Below are positions 1 to 14,028 of a DNA stretch of 38,326 nt, piece after piece. The translations under genes and the position numbers were made by a program. Source of the DNA: Streblomastix strix (Eukaryota). The notes under the pieces were generated by a model. It had not been told where the DNA came from. It saw nothing but the letters and a program-made list of their open reading frames with translations, and searched no databases. Numbering within the stretch: position 1 is the first letter of the stretch; each line of letters opens with the position of its first letter. Where the stretch lies: contig SNRW01000032.1 in the NCBI GenBank assembly GCA_008636045.1, forward strand, positions 1 through 38,326. The letters are read 5' to 3'.

Positions 1-381
1 ATAATATTTTGATGATTCAGGTTTCGTTAGATATTTATCCATTTGATTAAGTAAAATTTGCTTCTATTTCTTCATTATAACGAGAAACTGGATTTTTAGT
101 TAAAAATAACAAATTAGTTTTAAAAATAAAAATGAAATTAATTTATAAAAATTATTACAGTTGCTAAAAGTTAATGCTTGAATATATTAGCAAATTATTC
201 AAAATTAAAAATGTATAAAATTAATTTATCTTTGCGCAATTAATAAAACAAATGAATAAATAAATATTTAAATTTCATTTAGTGTTTAATATTTTAAAAT
301 AAATTATATTTTAATATAAATAAAAAAAAAGTAAATAAATGATATTTTGAAAAATTATATAATAATAATACAACATTTCTA

Positions 382-720
382 AAAGAAATAATACTTCTTC
401 ATTTTGAAAATGCAAGAGGACATGTATCAAAGTTAATAACTCAATTTTTAACACGTAGTGGAGTTTTTTTTGTGGAGATGGAGTTGCCCCCATATTCACC
501 AGATTTGTCCCCTTTGGATTTTTATCTGTTTAGTTATTTCAAAGGTGCACTGAAAAGAACTTTGTTCGAATCTTCAAACGAAGCATTATTTAAGGTTGAA
601 TAAATTCTGTCGAAAATTGACTCACGCACGCTACAACTTATCTTTAACAATTCACTTATTCGTCTTCGCAATGTCATTGATTCCTATGGGCATATTACGA
701 AGATTGAACATTCAATTATG
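382..720 (+). mobile_element. Tc1/mariner transposase C-terminal relic
   Basis: Frame reads IILLHFENARGHVSKLITQFLTRSGVFFVEMELPPYSPDLSPLDFYLFSYFKGALK...LRNVIDSYG, matching mariner HDNARPH and YSPDLAPxDY/F motifs. The second catalytic D appears as E. No N-terminus or TIRs seen. Confidence 0.8.
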
Positions 721-2849
721 AATCGAACTAATAACAATTTATTACTCTCACTAATATTTATTGCTATAAACATGTTTCAAACAACATGTTAATAAATTTA
801 AAAAAATAGAATCTTTAATTAATTATTCAAATTTCAATTTTATTAAAATTATTAAGTATAAATATATTATTTCATATCAAATCAACAATTAAGTCACTTA
901 CTGCTTCATAATGAACAATTTCTTTTTAAGTTGATGTTCATATTTGTCTAGAAAAACAGCAATTAATTAATTAATCGTGTCAATATCAACAGATTTCAAC
1001 TTTATTTGATTATTCAGAAATCCAATGCTTTATAAATAGGAATATAAGGTAAAATTGACAATATATAAATAAATTGTATACTCTTTAATTCAGCAAAACT
1101 TATCTTTCTTATAAAGTTGATAAGAACAATATTTATATTAGATTTAACGAATTTAACGCTATTGGTTAAAAATTAAAATTAATAAAAAAATTGATTTGAC
1201 AGAAAATTTTAAAAAAAAATAAAGGAATATGAAACCTATCTGACTACAAAACTTCTCGATTTTTGAGCAATGACCGAGTTGATGAAGCGTGAATTGCTTT
1301 AGAAGCTCGCACTAAATGAAAATAATAGATATTAAAGAATAATATTAATTTAAATAATATTATTTGGCTAATAATAAAAGTATAAAAAATATTGAAGAAT
1401 TTATTTTTTGTTTAAAAAATTTTAAAAATTATTCCATTAATTAATTTCAAAACAATTTTTTTTTGATTTGGATATATATTTATTTAGGATTATTGAATGG
1501 ACGAAAATAAAAATAAATAGGAACAACTTTAAATTGAGGAAAAACTAAATTATAAATTAAAATTTAATTTTAATAATAGAGAAAGGTATTATTTTGTAAT
1601 ATCATAAAATTATCCCTTTTATCTTCCACTTTTTTTATATATTAGTCAGTATGTATTAAGCCGAAAACAGTATTATTTCTTTAAAATTCAGTGCGGCGCC
1701 ATTTTGAGCTTCTTGGTGGCAGATGCCCCTTAAAAGACTTATATCAATTAATTCTTTTTCAGTGCTTAGGTGATTATTCTCTTTAATGATTCTGTCAATG
1801 CTAACTTTCTTTCAAGTGCTTACCTGACTCATCTTTAAATAATTGTTGTTCGCCTCTTGTTGTATTTCTGATCTGAAGTTTAAGACACTTTTAGTTCACG
1901 ATCAATTCTAGAAATTGCCCACCATTTCTTGCCGAGTCCCATTATGTCCTTCTGAATCTGCAATGGTAATAGATCTGATATTAATTTGCCAATGTAAATA
2001 GGGTACTTTATTGAAAGTAGACCTTGTGATCAAACCTAAAACCAGACCAAATATTTTTTCTTTTAGAAGCAACCTCTTAAAAATTGAAACAAAAGTTACT
2101 CATTACTTATATTTTAAATTTATTTCACTTAAATAAATATATTAAATATTTTTTATTTTTAATATTTGTTAATAATTATTGATTCAATATGTATACATAT
2201 TTAAAGAATAATTTACATTTTTTTATTTAAAAAAATTTTTTTTGAAATTAATTTTCTTTTTAATTTTATAGATCATTTTATTTTTTTCAAAAATATATTG
2301 CAAATAGATTGCATTAGAATTTGATTATATCTAATGTAATGTTACAATTTTGAATTGTTATTAGTCTTATCGTCTCTTTCTAACATTTGAACTAGCAGGT
2401 TTCTTCATTAGTTTGTTTGTATGTAATATTTGTTTCGCAACTTTTTTTTTATTTTCGTTTTTTTTAACTTTCAAATCATTGCTATTTTCTTCTTCTTCCT
2501 TGCTAACAAATTCCATATAATCACATCTTCTATAATTAACTTCATCCTCATCCACATCCTCATTTTCGCTAAAATTTTCAAAGCAAAATTATTAATTATA
2601 GTCTTATATTTATTCATGTTCATCTATGAAATTGTTTCTTCTAAATCTTTTTCTTCATACACATTTTTTTACTCCTCCTGATCCTTTTTGTCTTTCAGTC
2701 GATCATTTTTAGGACTTCTACGCTTCTTCTCTCCAGGAAACTAGTTTGTTATGCTTTAATTTTTTATAGAATAATAAAATAATTCTATTAAATTTTCTAA
2801 ATTTCAGCTTTATTTTCTTTTACACTTTTATACATTTATCTGATTTTTA

Positions 2850-3580
2850 TTTGTAACGTTTTATTTTCGTTATCCAATAGTTGTGATTAAGATAAAGCTA
2901 ATTGTTGAAATTTTAAATTGAATGTTATTCGATTATATCGAAATCATTACATGTGAAGAAATATTTAATAACATTTCCACACGCAGCCAGTGATATTAAT
3001 GATAATATACCCACCTTATATGTAAAATTAATTTCGGTCAATATTTTTAATGGTTTAGTCATGATTAAAGTAAATATAACAAATTACAATTTTAAAGATA
3101 ATCCCTGCAAATGGAAATTTTTTGAATCGTTGAATTAAGTGTTAGTCCTCATCAATTACATCAAAATTTTTTAGGTTTAAATTAAAATTTTATTTTTAAA
3201 ATAGTATTATTTTATCTTGACATTATTGATAGTTATCAGTTGTAATATGTTTGTATAGGATTTATCATTATGATGCAGATTGTGATGATAAATTTTTAAC
3301 GAATGAATTTAAGTACATTTGAGTTACATATAACAAAGCATCTAGAAATTTTAGTTTAGTCGCATATTCGTTATGAGAAACTAATGTTTATTTCAAAAAA
3401 TCTGCAGTATCGATAAAAGTTGTTTTTTTCCATTAGTTTCAATATAAATATGAAAACAGTAACGAAATATTAAATTTGGTTGAATTTAATCCTAATATAG
3501 GTACTTTAATTGAATAATGTATATCTGGATTTGAATTGATATTTTCGTGTTTTTTTGATTAAGCTTCTTTTAATAACTAT
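2850..3580 (-). pseudogene. Highly degenerate protein-primed family B DNA polymerase fragment (ExoII-ExoIII region), older Polinton-like relic
   Basis: VPILGLNSTKFNISLLFSYL (~3504), KLKFLDALLYVTQMYLNSFVKNL (~3355), SLISLAACGNVIKY (~2990) and YWITKI (~2875) are collinear with VPVIGFNSSKFDVVLILKNL, KLRFIDAMIY, FMSMSACANAIKY and YWNIKV of the polymerase at 17.8-21.9 kb. Contains TGA stops and frameshifts. Confidence 0.75.
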
Positions 3581-5974
3581 TAATCAATAATTTTTAATAT
3601 CTAGTAATAATAAATAAAAATATTCATACAATTTAAAGAAAAACATAAATTATTTATTCTAATGTTTATGGGATTAACTATTAAATTACAAAACTATAAA
3701 AGTTATTAGAATCTTAGTATGAATCGTAATTATTGGCTCACGCTTCTTAATGTGCGTTGACAATCAATATTATTGAAAATTTATTAATAAATATCATAAC
3801 TCGGACAATTTTTATACATAATCAGTTTAATTAAAATTATCAAGAAAATTTTGATTTATTAATTTAGAATCATTTTAATGAAATTTTAAAATGAATTTGG
3901 TCAATGTTGATAATTGGCGTATAATTGCTCACGCTGAATTCAAAATACTAAAATATTCAAGATGAACAATTAGATTCAATACGTCTAATTTATTAAATTA
4001 TCTACTTTTTCAAAAAAATAAGAAAATTATTTATTTAAAGTTTATTAATATCATTTCTTTACTATGATAATTATAATACTATTAAAATTTTGTTATAGAA
4101 ACTAAATAAATACTTATTTACCTTTATTTTTAACTACCATAAACTAAATTTGTTAAGCTTTTGGTCAAGCTTTAAACAATTTTAATTTATTAATAAATAT
4201 ATTTAATGAAATTTTTAAAAATTAATAAATTAATTGGTTTTTTATTTCATTTTGTTAATTTTTTTAAAATATGTAATTTTTTAAATTAATATATCCCTAT
4301 TCTAATTAATTTTTTAAATAAACTAAAAAAAATTTTTTTTTTAGAATATTTTTTTTTATGATTTTTTTTTAAAAATTTTAAAAAAATTATAATTTTTGTT
4401 CAAGTTTTACAAATTTATTCCAAAAAATTTTTATTATATAATTAATATAGATTTATAATAGTAAAAATAGAAATTTCTCTGCTTTATGACTTTAAACGGT
4501 TTTGAAAATAGCACTTTCTGTGGAGACGAATTGTTCTGCTAATGTAGCGATTATTAACGTATGATATTCACACAAATGACTAACATGAACACTATTGTTA
4601 TATTTTGTTTGACAGAATATATTATATATCCACCTGTAGCAAGAATTCTTAAACTACATTTTCCTTATGACTCAATTTAATAATTTTATTATTAATAATA
4701 TCCATTTCTTCAGTATGTTATGTTTAAGTTAAAATGTCTCATCTATTTGTATTTTACAAATTCCACCAGTCGATATAATGAAAATGATTTTTTTAACTTA
4801 TTAATTAAATTTCAAATTATTTCCCCTGTATAAATATTTAAGATCTATAAACATCATATTTTCTTAATCTTAACAATTTCCTTACATTGAAGTAATTAAC
4901 AACTCATTTACTATCAATAAATATTTTTTTTTATTCGCTTAATATTTTTCTATTCAATTAATCAATTTTTATTTATTTTTTAAATTTTTATTTATTTCAT
5001 ACTTATTTTCGATTTCAGACCCAATGAAAACTGTTAATTACCTTTCTCGGGGAGAAAGTAGAGCTTTTAAATTACATGTCAAAGATTTAGCGATTATAGT
5101 GTATATATTATGAGTTAAGAAACATCATCTGTTGATTAAACGAGTATGATGGATATATAATTGAAATATATTTATGAATTATTATTTATTTTTATTTTAT
5201 ATTTGTCAATTGACAGTTTAAAAATAATGCCACAGGAAACAAAATAAATCGACGCAGAAGCCGATGTTTGAAATACTAACGCACGTTGAATATCCATATA
5301 TATTTACATGCATATTTAGGATCGTTTTTAACAAGGCACATAAAGAAATAACAACGCCGGATGCGAGAAACGCGATGAAGATTTTGGGAGAGTAACATTG
5401 ATTCAATTACACACTTTCTTATTATTTTTACATATTCTGTTTTGATTTACAAATAAATAATAATTCCGATATAAATTATTTGCTAGTTGTGCAGTTACTC
5501 AAAATTTTAAAATTAATTTTTATACGCTTAACTGTTCTGATCGCTATTTAGAAATTTTATTTTTGAAAAATATCTAATTCAACCAATAATCAATCATTTC
5601 AACTATATTACATAATTTTAATCGTTATATACTCAAATTTAGTCGTATAAACGGCAATTAAGTTAATTTTTATAATTACTTGTTTTTACTCAGATTTTGA
5701 ATTATTTTTCATCAATTTAATATCTTAAACCGTACTTTTTTGAAATACTATCTCAACTGAGTATAACATAATATTAGTGTAATTCATAATCATGCTCTAA
5801 CCAAGAACTTTCCATTATCGACTATTTTCTAATTTTCAACAACTATTGAATAGTTAAAACTTAAAATATTTTATGAATTAATAAACTTACAACCACAGTT
5901 AAGAAATATATATATATATATTTAACAATAATAATTTTATAAATTTAATTGTTTAATTATTCTGATTATCACAG

Positions 5975-7062
5975 ATCTATTCACATATCCTGAAGTGCAA
6001 TGGCTTAACGAAGATTACGTAAAATTAAAGGTGCTTCAGAATAAGATTAGTAAGAAGAAAAACCTGTTTGTTTATATTTATAATGCTTTTAGCTATAAAT
6101 AATAAATTAATAATTTATCTACATTTATTATTCATTTCATGATTTTTCTATTCATTAACCATTTAATTTCATTCTTATACTTTATTATTTGACTATAATT
6201 ATAGACATACGAAGAAGATATCGAAGAAGAAGACCTTGGATACGTGAATGGTATAATTAAGATCAAAAATATCTCAGTTCGAAATCTCAAGAAAATGGAC
6301 CTTTTGGGGAAATCTGATCCATATGTTGTTTTCAAAGCTGGCGATGAAGAGAAACATACAACAACTGTGAGAAACAAACTTGATTATGATTATGTGAATG
6401 AAGAATATGATCTTATTTATAATCCACTGAAGATGCAAGGTAAGAAAGAAGTTGAAGTTGAAGTATATGATTATGATGTTATGACAAATAATGATATGAT
6501 TGGAGCTGTGAATGTAGATGTATGCTTAATATATTCAATATGATATAAAGCCGTGTTTATTAAAATTGAATATATAAACTGAATCTTTATATAAATTAGA
6601 AACTTTTTTTATTATTTTAATATTTCATATAATTATTAACACAATTATTTCAACATATTTTAAAACAGATTCTTCCTTCAAAGAACAAAGAAACACGAAT
6701 TGAACTCTTTCTTTAACCTAAGAATGATGTTGAATTGAAATCAAACACCAATTAGAAACTTGGAAAAGTATTATTCACAATGATTTATATTCCAGAAGAT
6801 GACTTTTTGAAGAAATTTCGATAAAAAGAATTGATCAGAAAGAAAACCGAATAAGAAATAATTATAAATAAAGAATTTGAAGAGTAAAAGTAAAAAGAAG
6901 AAATTGAAAAAGCTATTGAAGAAAAAAGAAGAATTGCCGAAGAAGAAAGAATTCGAAAAGAAGCATTAGATGCATAATATATTAAAGGAGTAGTAAAATT
7001 CAAGAATATCTCAGTTCGTAATCTTAAGAAGATGGATTTATTTGGAAAATCGGATCAATTTT
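5975..7062 (+). pseudogene. C2-domain protein (partial/truncated); exons ~5975-6030, 6205-6519, 6669-~7062
   Basis: Complete C2 domain (ISVRNLKKMDLLGKSDPYVVF...VEVYDYDVMTNNDMIG) continues in frame across GT-AG intron 6520-6668 into LGKVLFTMIYIP and an E/K coiled coil. A second C2 start (YIKGVVKFKNISVRNLKKMDLFGKSD) then breaks off. No start exon identified. Confidence 0.75.
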
Positions 7063-7954
7063 AGAAAAGTACTAAATTTAAGATCATGGTTTGGTAGAAT
7101 GTAATTTTTATTAATAAAAAAGTGCTTTATATGTTAAGCTAACAAAATGAAACTTATTTCATAATCATTCTACTCTTAAATTAAAAAAAAAACAGAGGAA
7201 AAGTCACTTGTAAAAATTTGTGACTTTACCGCAGCTTTCCAGTACTGTTGTTGCTAATCATACTTATCAGATATATCATAATCACTCTTATTCTTGCTTT
7301 TTTATAGTAATTACATTGTCTATGCTAGCTAGTTCATTCTCTGATGATGTATCTAAGAGTTCAGTTTTCTTAGGTATTTTTCTTATAGCCCGTTGCCGCA
7401 ATAGCATGCTCGGCAAGGGAAGATCTTCTGATTTCGGTGCTAAAAAATATTGTTGGCAAATGTATAGTTATCTATTATCATTCATAGACTGAAAAAATGG
7501 CAAAACATAAATATTGTAAAAAAAGTTGAATATGTCAATATGTAGAAATAAAATAAAATAAATTATAAAAAAATTGATAAAAAAATAATTTTCATACATC
7601 AGATTTAATGCCAATTTCAACTTTGTATGACAGGATCACCTGTTTTGATTCTGTCTCAGTTTTTTGACGCGGCTTCCAAAAAAATTGACTATTTTATGTG
7701 TTTATGTTGCATAATTGAGATTTATCAAGGTTGGATATGTTCGTCAATGTATTGTTGTGTGTGTTTGCTTAAGCTTTTTCCATTATTATTTTTTATGTGG
7801 GACTTTCATGGATTCGTTTGCTATTCCTTTCACCTCGCTAACCAAATGGTTTATTTTACTAATTATTAGATAACAGAACTTTCATAAGATTAAGAATCTA
7901 TATTTAATCAGATAAAATACTTAAGAAAAGGTAAAAAAATGAAGTGATTTAAAT

Positions 7955-8325
7955 TCACCTAAATGGAATATTACGATGATTGAATTTCTTCCTGTCAGGA
8001 TCATAGCGTGTCAGATTTCCATAAACAGAATTAGATGTTTGGTAATTCACTCCTGCAGTTTCAAGAGGAATGCTTGCGCCTTAATTGAATGTCAATCCTT
8101 AATTATTCACCGTTCGCTCTTTTGCCTATTCAAAGCGTTTAGTTGCCTCCTGTTCGTTCTATTCCTAAAAAAATATATAAGGAAATACTTTAAAATAACA
8201 ATTATAAAATATCAAACATATAGATCTTTATGTTTTTCCCGATGTAGTTTAGCCTGCTTCTCTTCGTTTTAAACACGTATCCTATAGTTTGTCATTTCAT
8301 CAACTGGCGTAAGAACTTCTGCCAT
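7955..8325 (-). CDS. Hypothetical 105-aa protein, two exons (8325-8218, 8164-7955)
   Basis: ATG 8325, phase-0 GT-AG intron 8217-8165 (53 nt), TGA 7955-7957. Open only with TAA/TAG=Gln: MAEVLTPVDEMTNYRIRVQNEEKQAKLHREKHKDLY/EQNEQEATKRFEQ...YQTSNSVYGNLTRYDPDRKKFNHRNIPFR. Confidence 0.75.
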
Positions 8326-8958
8326 TTTCTAAAAATAAAAAAATAAAAATAAATTGATTTGAAATTATTGTAACTAAAATATCACAGTGTTTTATCATTT
8401 AAAATTTCATTTAAATGATTGTATTTCATTCATATAATACAATTACACAATTTTAATCAATTTTATTATATCATTTAAATAAGTAGCAAGCATAATTAGC
8501 GTAATACTTTTAGAAACTTTATTGCTTTCTAAACACACAAATATTAATTTAGTAGCTTAAGTATTCATGAAATTTAAACATGTTAAAAATTTAATGCAAA
8601 TATTAATTTGTTTTTCATTATAAAAGTGCTGTTTAAGCTGGAAAAATACCCCGGAATTAGTTGTTTGCTGTAAACCAATTACGTGGCAATATTCAGTTGA
8701 ATTGAAAGTGCAATATTATTGGGCATAATTGCTTAGTAAATTATCCAATCACGGATATAAGATTTACAGTCCATAAAACGAATTTCAACTGCCAGCTTCT
8801 TTTATAGGAAATATTAACTACTTCAACTCACTTTATTATTGATTTGAAATCACATCAAATACCATGAAAAAATAATCTAAAAGACTAATATTGAACAAAA
8901 TCATAGGAACCAGCTCATACAAACAAATAAAAAATAATCACTCTTTTATTTACACTAC

Positions 8959-11900
8959 TCATTTCCATTTAAGAACGGCAGCTTCAGCAGATCGTTGTCG
9001 TATAAAATTGCTGAGCTTCTACAGTGTTTCTCTCAGAGCTGTTGAACCCGAAGAAGCAATTTATGACGCTTCAGCACTGCTTTCAGATCTTGATTCAGGG
9101 GGGGTAAGAGCGATTCTTGTAGTTGACAGTACTTAAGCGAATTGAATGAATTAATCTGATGTATCTCTGCATAGATCCCTGATTAATGCACGTATCTCTC
9201 CAATAACAGCATCATCAGAAGCATCTCCTGAAGATTTCTTCTTCTTCCTTGCATTCCTCGACTATCCAGATATTTTCTTTACTAATATTGTATTAAGAGT
9301 GAAGAATGATAGTATTAATGGGAAACATATAAATAGAGTATATAATACAAGACTGTGGATTAATTAGTCAAGTGAGTTTGGTTTAAGAGACAGTCTTATT
9401 ATTTATTGAGATGATGAGTCAGATTGTTTATCTGAACTGGAGGTGAGAAGTAACAAAGTCTGTTCAAATGCAGATGTCATATTTCTGAGGTCAGTTCTTA
9501 ACTCATTGACTAATCTTGTAATTTCAGATAATTTCTGCTTTTCTTCTTCTTATTGTTACTCGCTCATTTCTTTTGCATTATGATTCTTTAATAAAGAAGT
9601 ATTTATCATTACTTATAAATTATATATAGATTGGGACAGCCTAAGAACTGCTACTATTGGATTTGATGTTCTTCTTATTAATAATTAATTATCTTTCTAT
9701 TCTTAATCTTTTATTGTATTAGTTGTCTCAGAATCAGATACCAACTTTTTGAATTATTCAAAGTAGAAGATGAAATTGTCCAATTAGTTGTTCTTCTTCT
9801 GTTCTTATTGATCTACTTTTGATGATGATTATTATTATGAATCTTATGCTCTAATAGAAACCAAATCATTAAGTGATGTAACACCACTCACTGATAATTA
9901 TGTCCATAGTACAATAAGTTTAAGGATATTCTTCAATTTATTATCTTCTTATTATATAATTTATTATTTGGTTAACTAAACTGGCTATTATTATGAAGAA
10001 GAATTTATATCATTATAATAAGTATTTGTATTGAAAGGCACACAATCATATTTAATAGAGAGAGGTGAATCATATATTGACACATCAGTGTTGCTTGATA
10101 GTCTATTATCAATATCATTGATTATATCAGTTGGTTCACTGAATGATGAAAGTGAATTGAATGGTTTAATTTCATACATTTGTGAGTGAAATTGAGTTTC
10201 CTTTGATTATTGTTGCTCTTCTTTCATAATTAAATCTATTATCGGTTGATTAGAAGATTATAATTATTATTACTATTATTATTGTCCATCATTACCTGTA
10301 CTAATCTTTGAATCAAGACTGTGAGCAACATCCCATCCTTCAATAAATCCAAATAAACCTGATTATTATTAAGAAGATTATTAAGAAGAACCTTTCTTAT
10401 TACTACCAACTGATGGATCAATATTCAATGCAGTCTGATGAAGAGCAGCACAAATCATATCAAGTGATGTCATCATTCTCGTAGTTGCATGGGCAGTTGC
10501 TAATTCAAGTGAATCCTTCATCTTCTTCTCAAACTTATAGAATTCAGTAATAAGCCCCAAATGTGATCCATTATTATTATTTGTGTTATTATTCTCCTAT
10601 TCTATCTTATCATTATCAGGTAACTGTGATATGTAGCATTTCTGAATATATTCATGACCTTCCCTCAGAAATTCCTCGTGGAAACTCTCAACTCTGTTAC
10701 AAATCAACTTTATATTCTTAGTGTCCCAATTAAGAAGTAACGATGGAAATATGAAGAAGAATAAAGATTCTTATTGTACGTGTTTCAGCCCCAATTCTTT
10801 ATACCTGAAGAAAGCAGTTTCTGTTGAGCATAATGAAAGATGCAGTGATACAAGTTACTATTTAGGTAAGAAATGAATCACATCTCCATTAGACAGTGCA
10901 TGATCAAGTATTGATGCTGCTTATATCTGCTTTGATATCTGATTGTGTATTGATTATACCCATGACTATTCATTAGCAATTTATTTCTATTTAATGTCCT
11001 AATATTTTTCTTTATCTTTCTCTTTATCTTTTATTAATCTTTATTCATCATCTTCTTCATCTTCTCTCATAATATCACATTCAATGTCCATCAACCTCTC
11101 CTTAATCTCATAAGATTCCTCCCATAACTAACGAGCAGCAGCAGATGTCAGTATATAAGCAGCCATCAAGTTCTCAGGTGGATAATACAATTCAGTCTTT
11201 AATCTGACTCCATTTGGGACACCATCAGGAAGTTGCTGTTGTTGGATCTGTTTGTCATCGTTTCTCTGTTTGTTGATTCTGGAGAAGATGGATCTGGCAT
11301 TCTCTGATTTGTGGAGGAGGAATTGGACGTGGTTGGATGATGATGATGATGATGATGATTAAGATTAAACATTGATTGATTATTTCTAATCATTTAATTG
11401 TTGAGATCTTGCAATGTGTCTTGAGTTCTATTAATACAAAACATTTAGTGAAATTGCTGTACCTAAACTGTAGCATTATCGAATGTAGAATTATTCTTCA
11501 TTCTTTAATTCTTTTTCTTTCTCTTCAGAATTTTTAATTTTCTAACTAACTTTGATTTATGAATCTTCTTCATTCTAAACTTTCTCATATTGCACATTCT
11601 ATAATATATCATATATAAGTGAATCTATGATACTCTTTTATTCTTTAATATTTAATTGATTGAAATACTTCTATATGTCATTTGAACATGATGGTTTGGG
11701 AGAAAAATCTCTTATGAATTGTTGAATGAGTTATCCAACATTTGAAAGTTCATTTTCATCTGATTTTGACTTATCACAAATCTTCAGTTCAGTTTATTGA
11801 TCTTTTTATTCAGTTTTCTCACTTTCTATTTATTATTGTTCTTTATTCAAAATAATCTCCAATTCAATTTCAGCAAATCTTGATCCTCTTAATAATGGAT

Positions 11901-12418
11901 TCAATTAAAATAATTCTTCTTTTATGAACTTTCTCATTTATTCATTTGTATGATCAGGTTGAAATGGATCTTCAGTTTATTATTAACCTAATTCAGTATC
12001 TTTATCTTTTTATTATTCTTATTCTTTTTCCTTTGCTAATTCTTATTCTTATTCACATTTAATTATCCTATTAACTGGAATGAAATGCTTCAATCCTTCA
12101 AAATGATTCACAATTGATTCTGGAAGATTTTCACTCGACTGTTGATTCTTTTATCCAATTAATGGAAGTTTAATTGGTGAAGATGGAAGTTGTAAGATAA
12201 ATGAAACAGTTTTAATTGTTTCTGAAGGTTAAATGTTTATTGGTTGTTGCTTTTCTTTTTCTTTATCTTAACTTTTATCTTCCTGTTGTTTCTAATAATA
12301 CTCTTTTGCTTCGTTTTCTATTTACTATTCAAATTCTAATGTGAAATTGTGGTCTCTGAGGTCAATAAATGATTTGATGTACCTAAAGTTCGTATTTATA
12401 ATATAATTGAAATATATA

Positions 12419-12451
<33 letters not shown>

Positions 12452-13390
12452 TAAAATAAATCTAATTGTATATTTCCATATACATAATAAAATATCTATT
12501 AAGTTATATAAGTTATACCATTAAATCCACTTCCAATTATCTCCATTGAATTGTATCAATAAGCATTTGGATATTCTATTTATATATCCTTTCAATACAA
12601 TCCATTCTTTTGATTACTATTATTCAACTTATTCTTATCCTTATTTCAATTCTGATTCTTTCAAATCCAAATTAATCTTCTTCTTTTCCTGATCAGATAT
12701 CTCTAATAATACTTCAACAACTATTTCCAAATAATCTTCAGGTATCTGAAACAATGAACTCATATGCTTATCTGTGAGGCATTTCAAAATCTCATTGTAT
12801 TTATCCATCATTCTCAGAATCTAGAAATAAAGATGCAATTCAGAAACTGTGTTCAATTTGTGTTCCTTCATTCTTTATAATACAAATCCTTCAGCTAATT
12901 TAAGAAACATTGACTTCTGTGCAGAATTGGGTGTTACTATGGCTTATTGGAGCAGACTCGTGATTATCCAAAGCTGATATATGGGCTTCTTCCATTATTT
13001 GTACATTTGAATGGCCAGTTACTGTTATTTCTGAAGTTGATCACTATATGTATATTTAATGAACAGTTCTCTAGCATTAGATTCAGTAGGGTTGTCTTTG
13101 TATAGCTTCTCACTATCTTTGAGGAGTTCATCTTACTTACCAAGACAGAATAAGACTTATTATACCATCCTACTGACCCAGAAATCAGTGTTATGCATAT
13201 CGATTATTTAATTGATCTGTGCAAGTGCTTCTTCTTTGTTTCCTAGCTCCTGTAGTGCTTTTGCGCGCATGGCAAGTAGACGAGCATCATTGGGGGTACG
13301 TTAGATAAAATTATTGGCTTGTTTCAATGCATCAGCATAATGGCGTTGCTCAATAAGTTCCCCAACACGCTCAAAACCACGATTGTTCAT
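8959..13390 (-). CDS. NAA25: N-terminal acetyltransferase B (NatB) auxiliary subunit, NAA25/MDM20 family, ~1431 aa, one intron (12518-12383)
   Basis: Motifs recognised against human NAA25 from memory: LAIQMYKQWKKPIYQLWIITSLLQQ (ALYKIVPKNPYYFWSVMSLIMQ), KSMFLKLAE, ELHLYFQIL, DNWKWIQWY, RGSRFAEIEL (RGPHLAKLEL), FSPKPSCSNDI (FGDKPCCFTDL), YKELGLKHVQ (YSSLDAKHIQ). Spliced length 4296 nt is a multiple of 3 and ends in TGA. Confidence 0.9.
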
Positions 13391-14028
13391 TTTCAATTTA
13401 TCTGTATTAATAAAATAAGAAATTTTTAAAAATCAATAAAATTGCAAAATTATAAGTTTTAATCATAAAAACTAGATCAATATTAGTTGAATAACAGTTA
13501 AAAAACAACGAAAGTTAATCAAACTGAAAGGAAGTAAAAGTGCAATATTTTAAGTTTGATTAATATACTTTTAAATTATATTTATTTAATTGATAGATAA
13601 TTTGTTAAAAAATAATAAAATTTACAGCATTATATAAATAGTTAAAAAGAAAATATGCGTTTTGTTTTTTAAATTATATTTGGAGTTACAACCAATAAAT
13701 ATAGGTTTAAATATTGAATTAGATAAAAAAACATATTTAAATAAATTAAATATTTAAATTAATATTTATTAATTGACAAAATAATTATGTTATAAAGGGT
13801 TGTTTAACGAATAATTAATTTTCAGGGAAATAGCTCCAAATGAATAAATTTAGTAAATTTAATTAAATTATTTGGACATAAATACATTTAAAAATTAATT
13901 TATATACTTAACCAATAATTTGTAACTACCCCAACCGAGTAATGGTTTATTGACGATAATAAGCAGAAAGTATTTATTAAACACTAAAATAATTAATTTT
14001 ACAGTCTTTTAATGTGATGTGCATGGTC

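Noticed and set aside
1688..1945. Minus-strand frame ending QALKKNQLIQVFQGASATKKLKMAPH*, faintly like a linker-histone globular domain
   Set aside because: In-frame TGA upstream and too little similarity to call.
2367..2760. E/K/D-rich coding-like stretch on the minus strand
   Set aside because: Frameshifted, low complexity, no recognisable domain.
5480..5860. Possible tyrosine recombinase relic (minus strand, ITLIICYTQLR)
   Set aside because: Only a box-I-like string; many stops; no HxxR or catalytic Tyr motif found.
7220..7900. Degenerate coding-like sequence on the minus strand, possibly a transposase remnant
   Set aside because: Multiple TGAs and no diagnostic motif.
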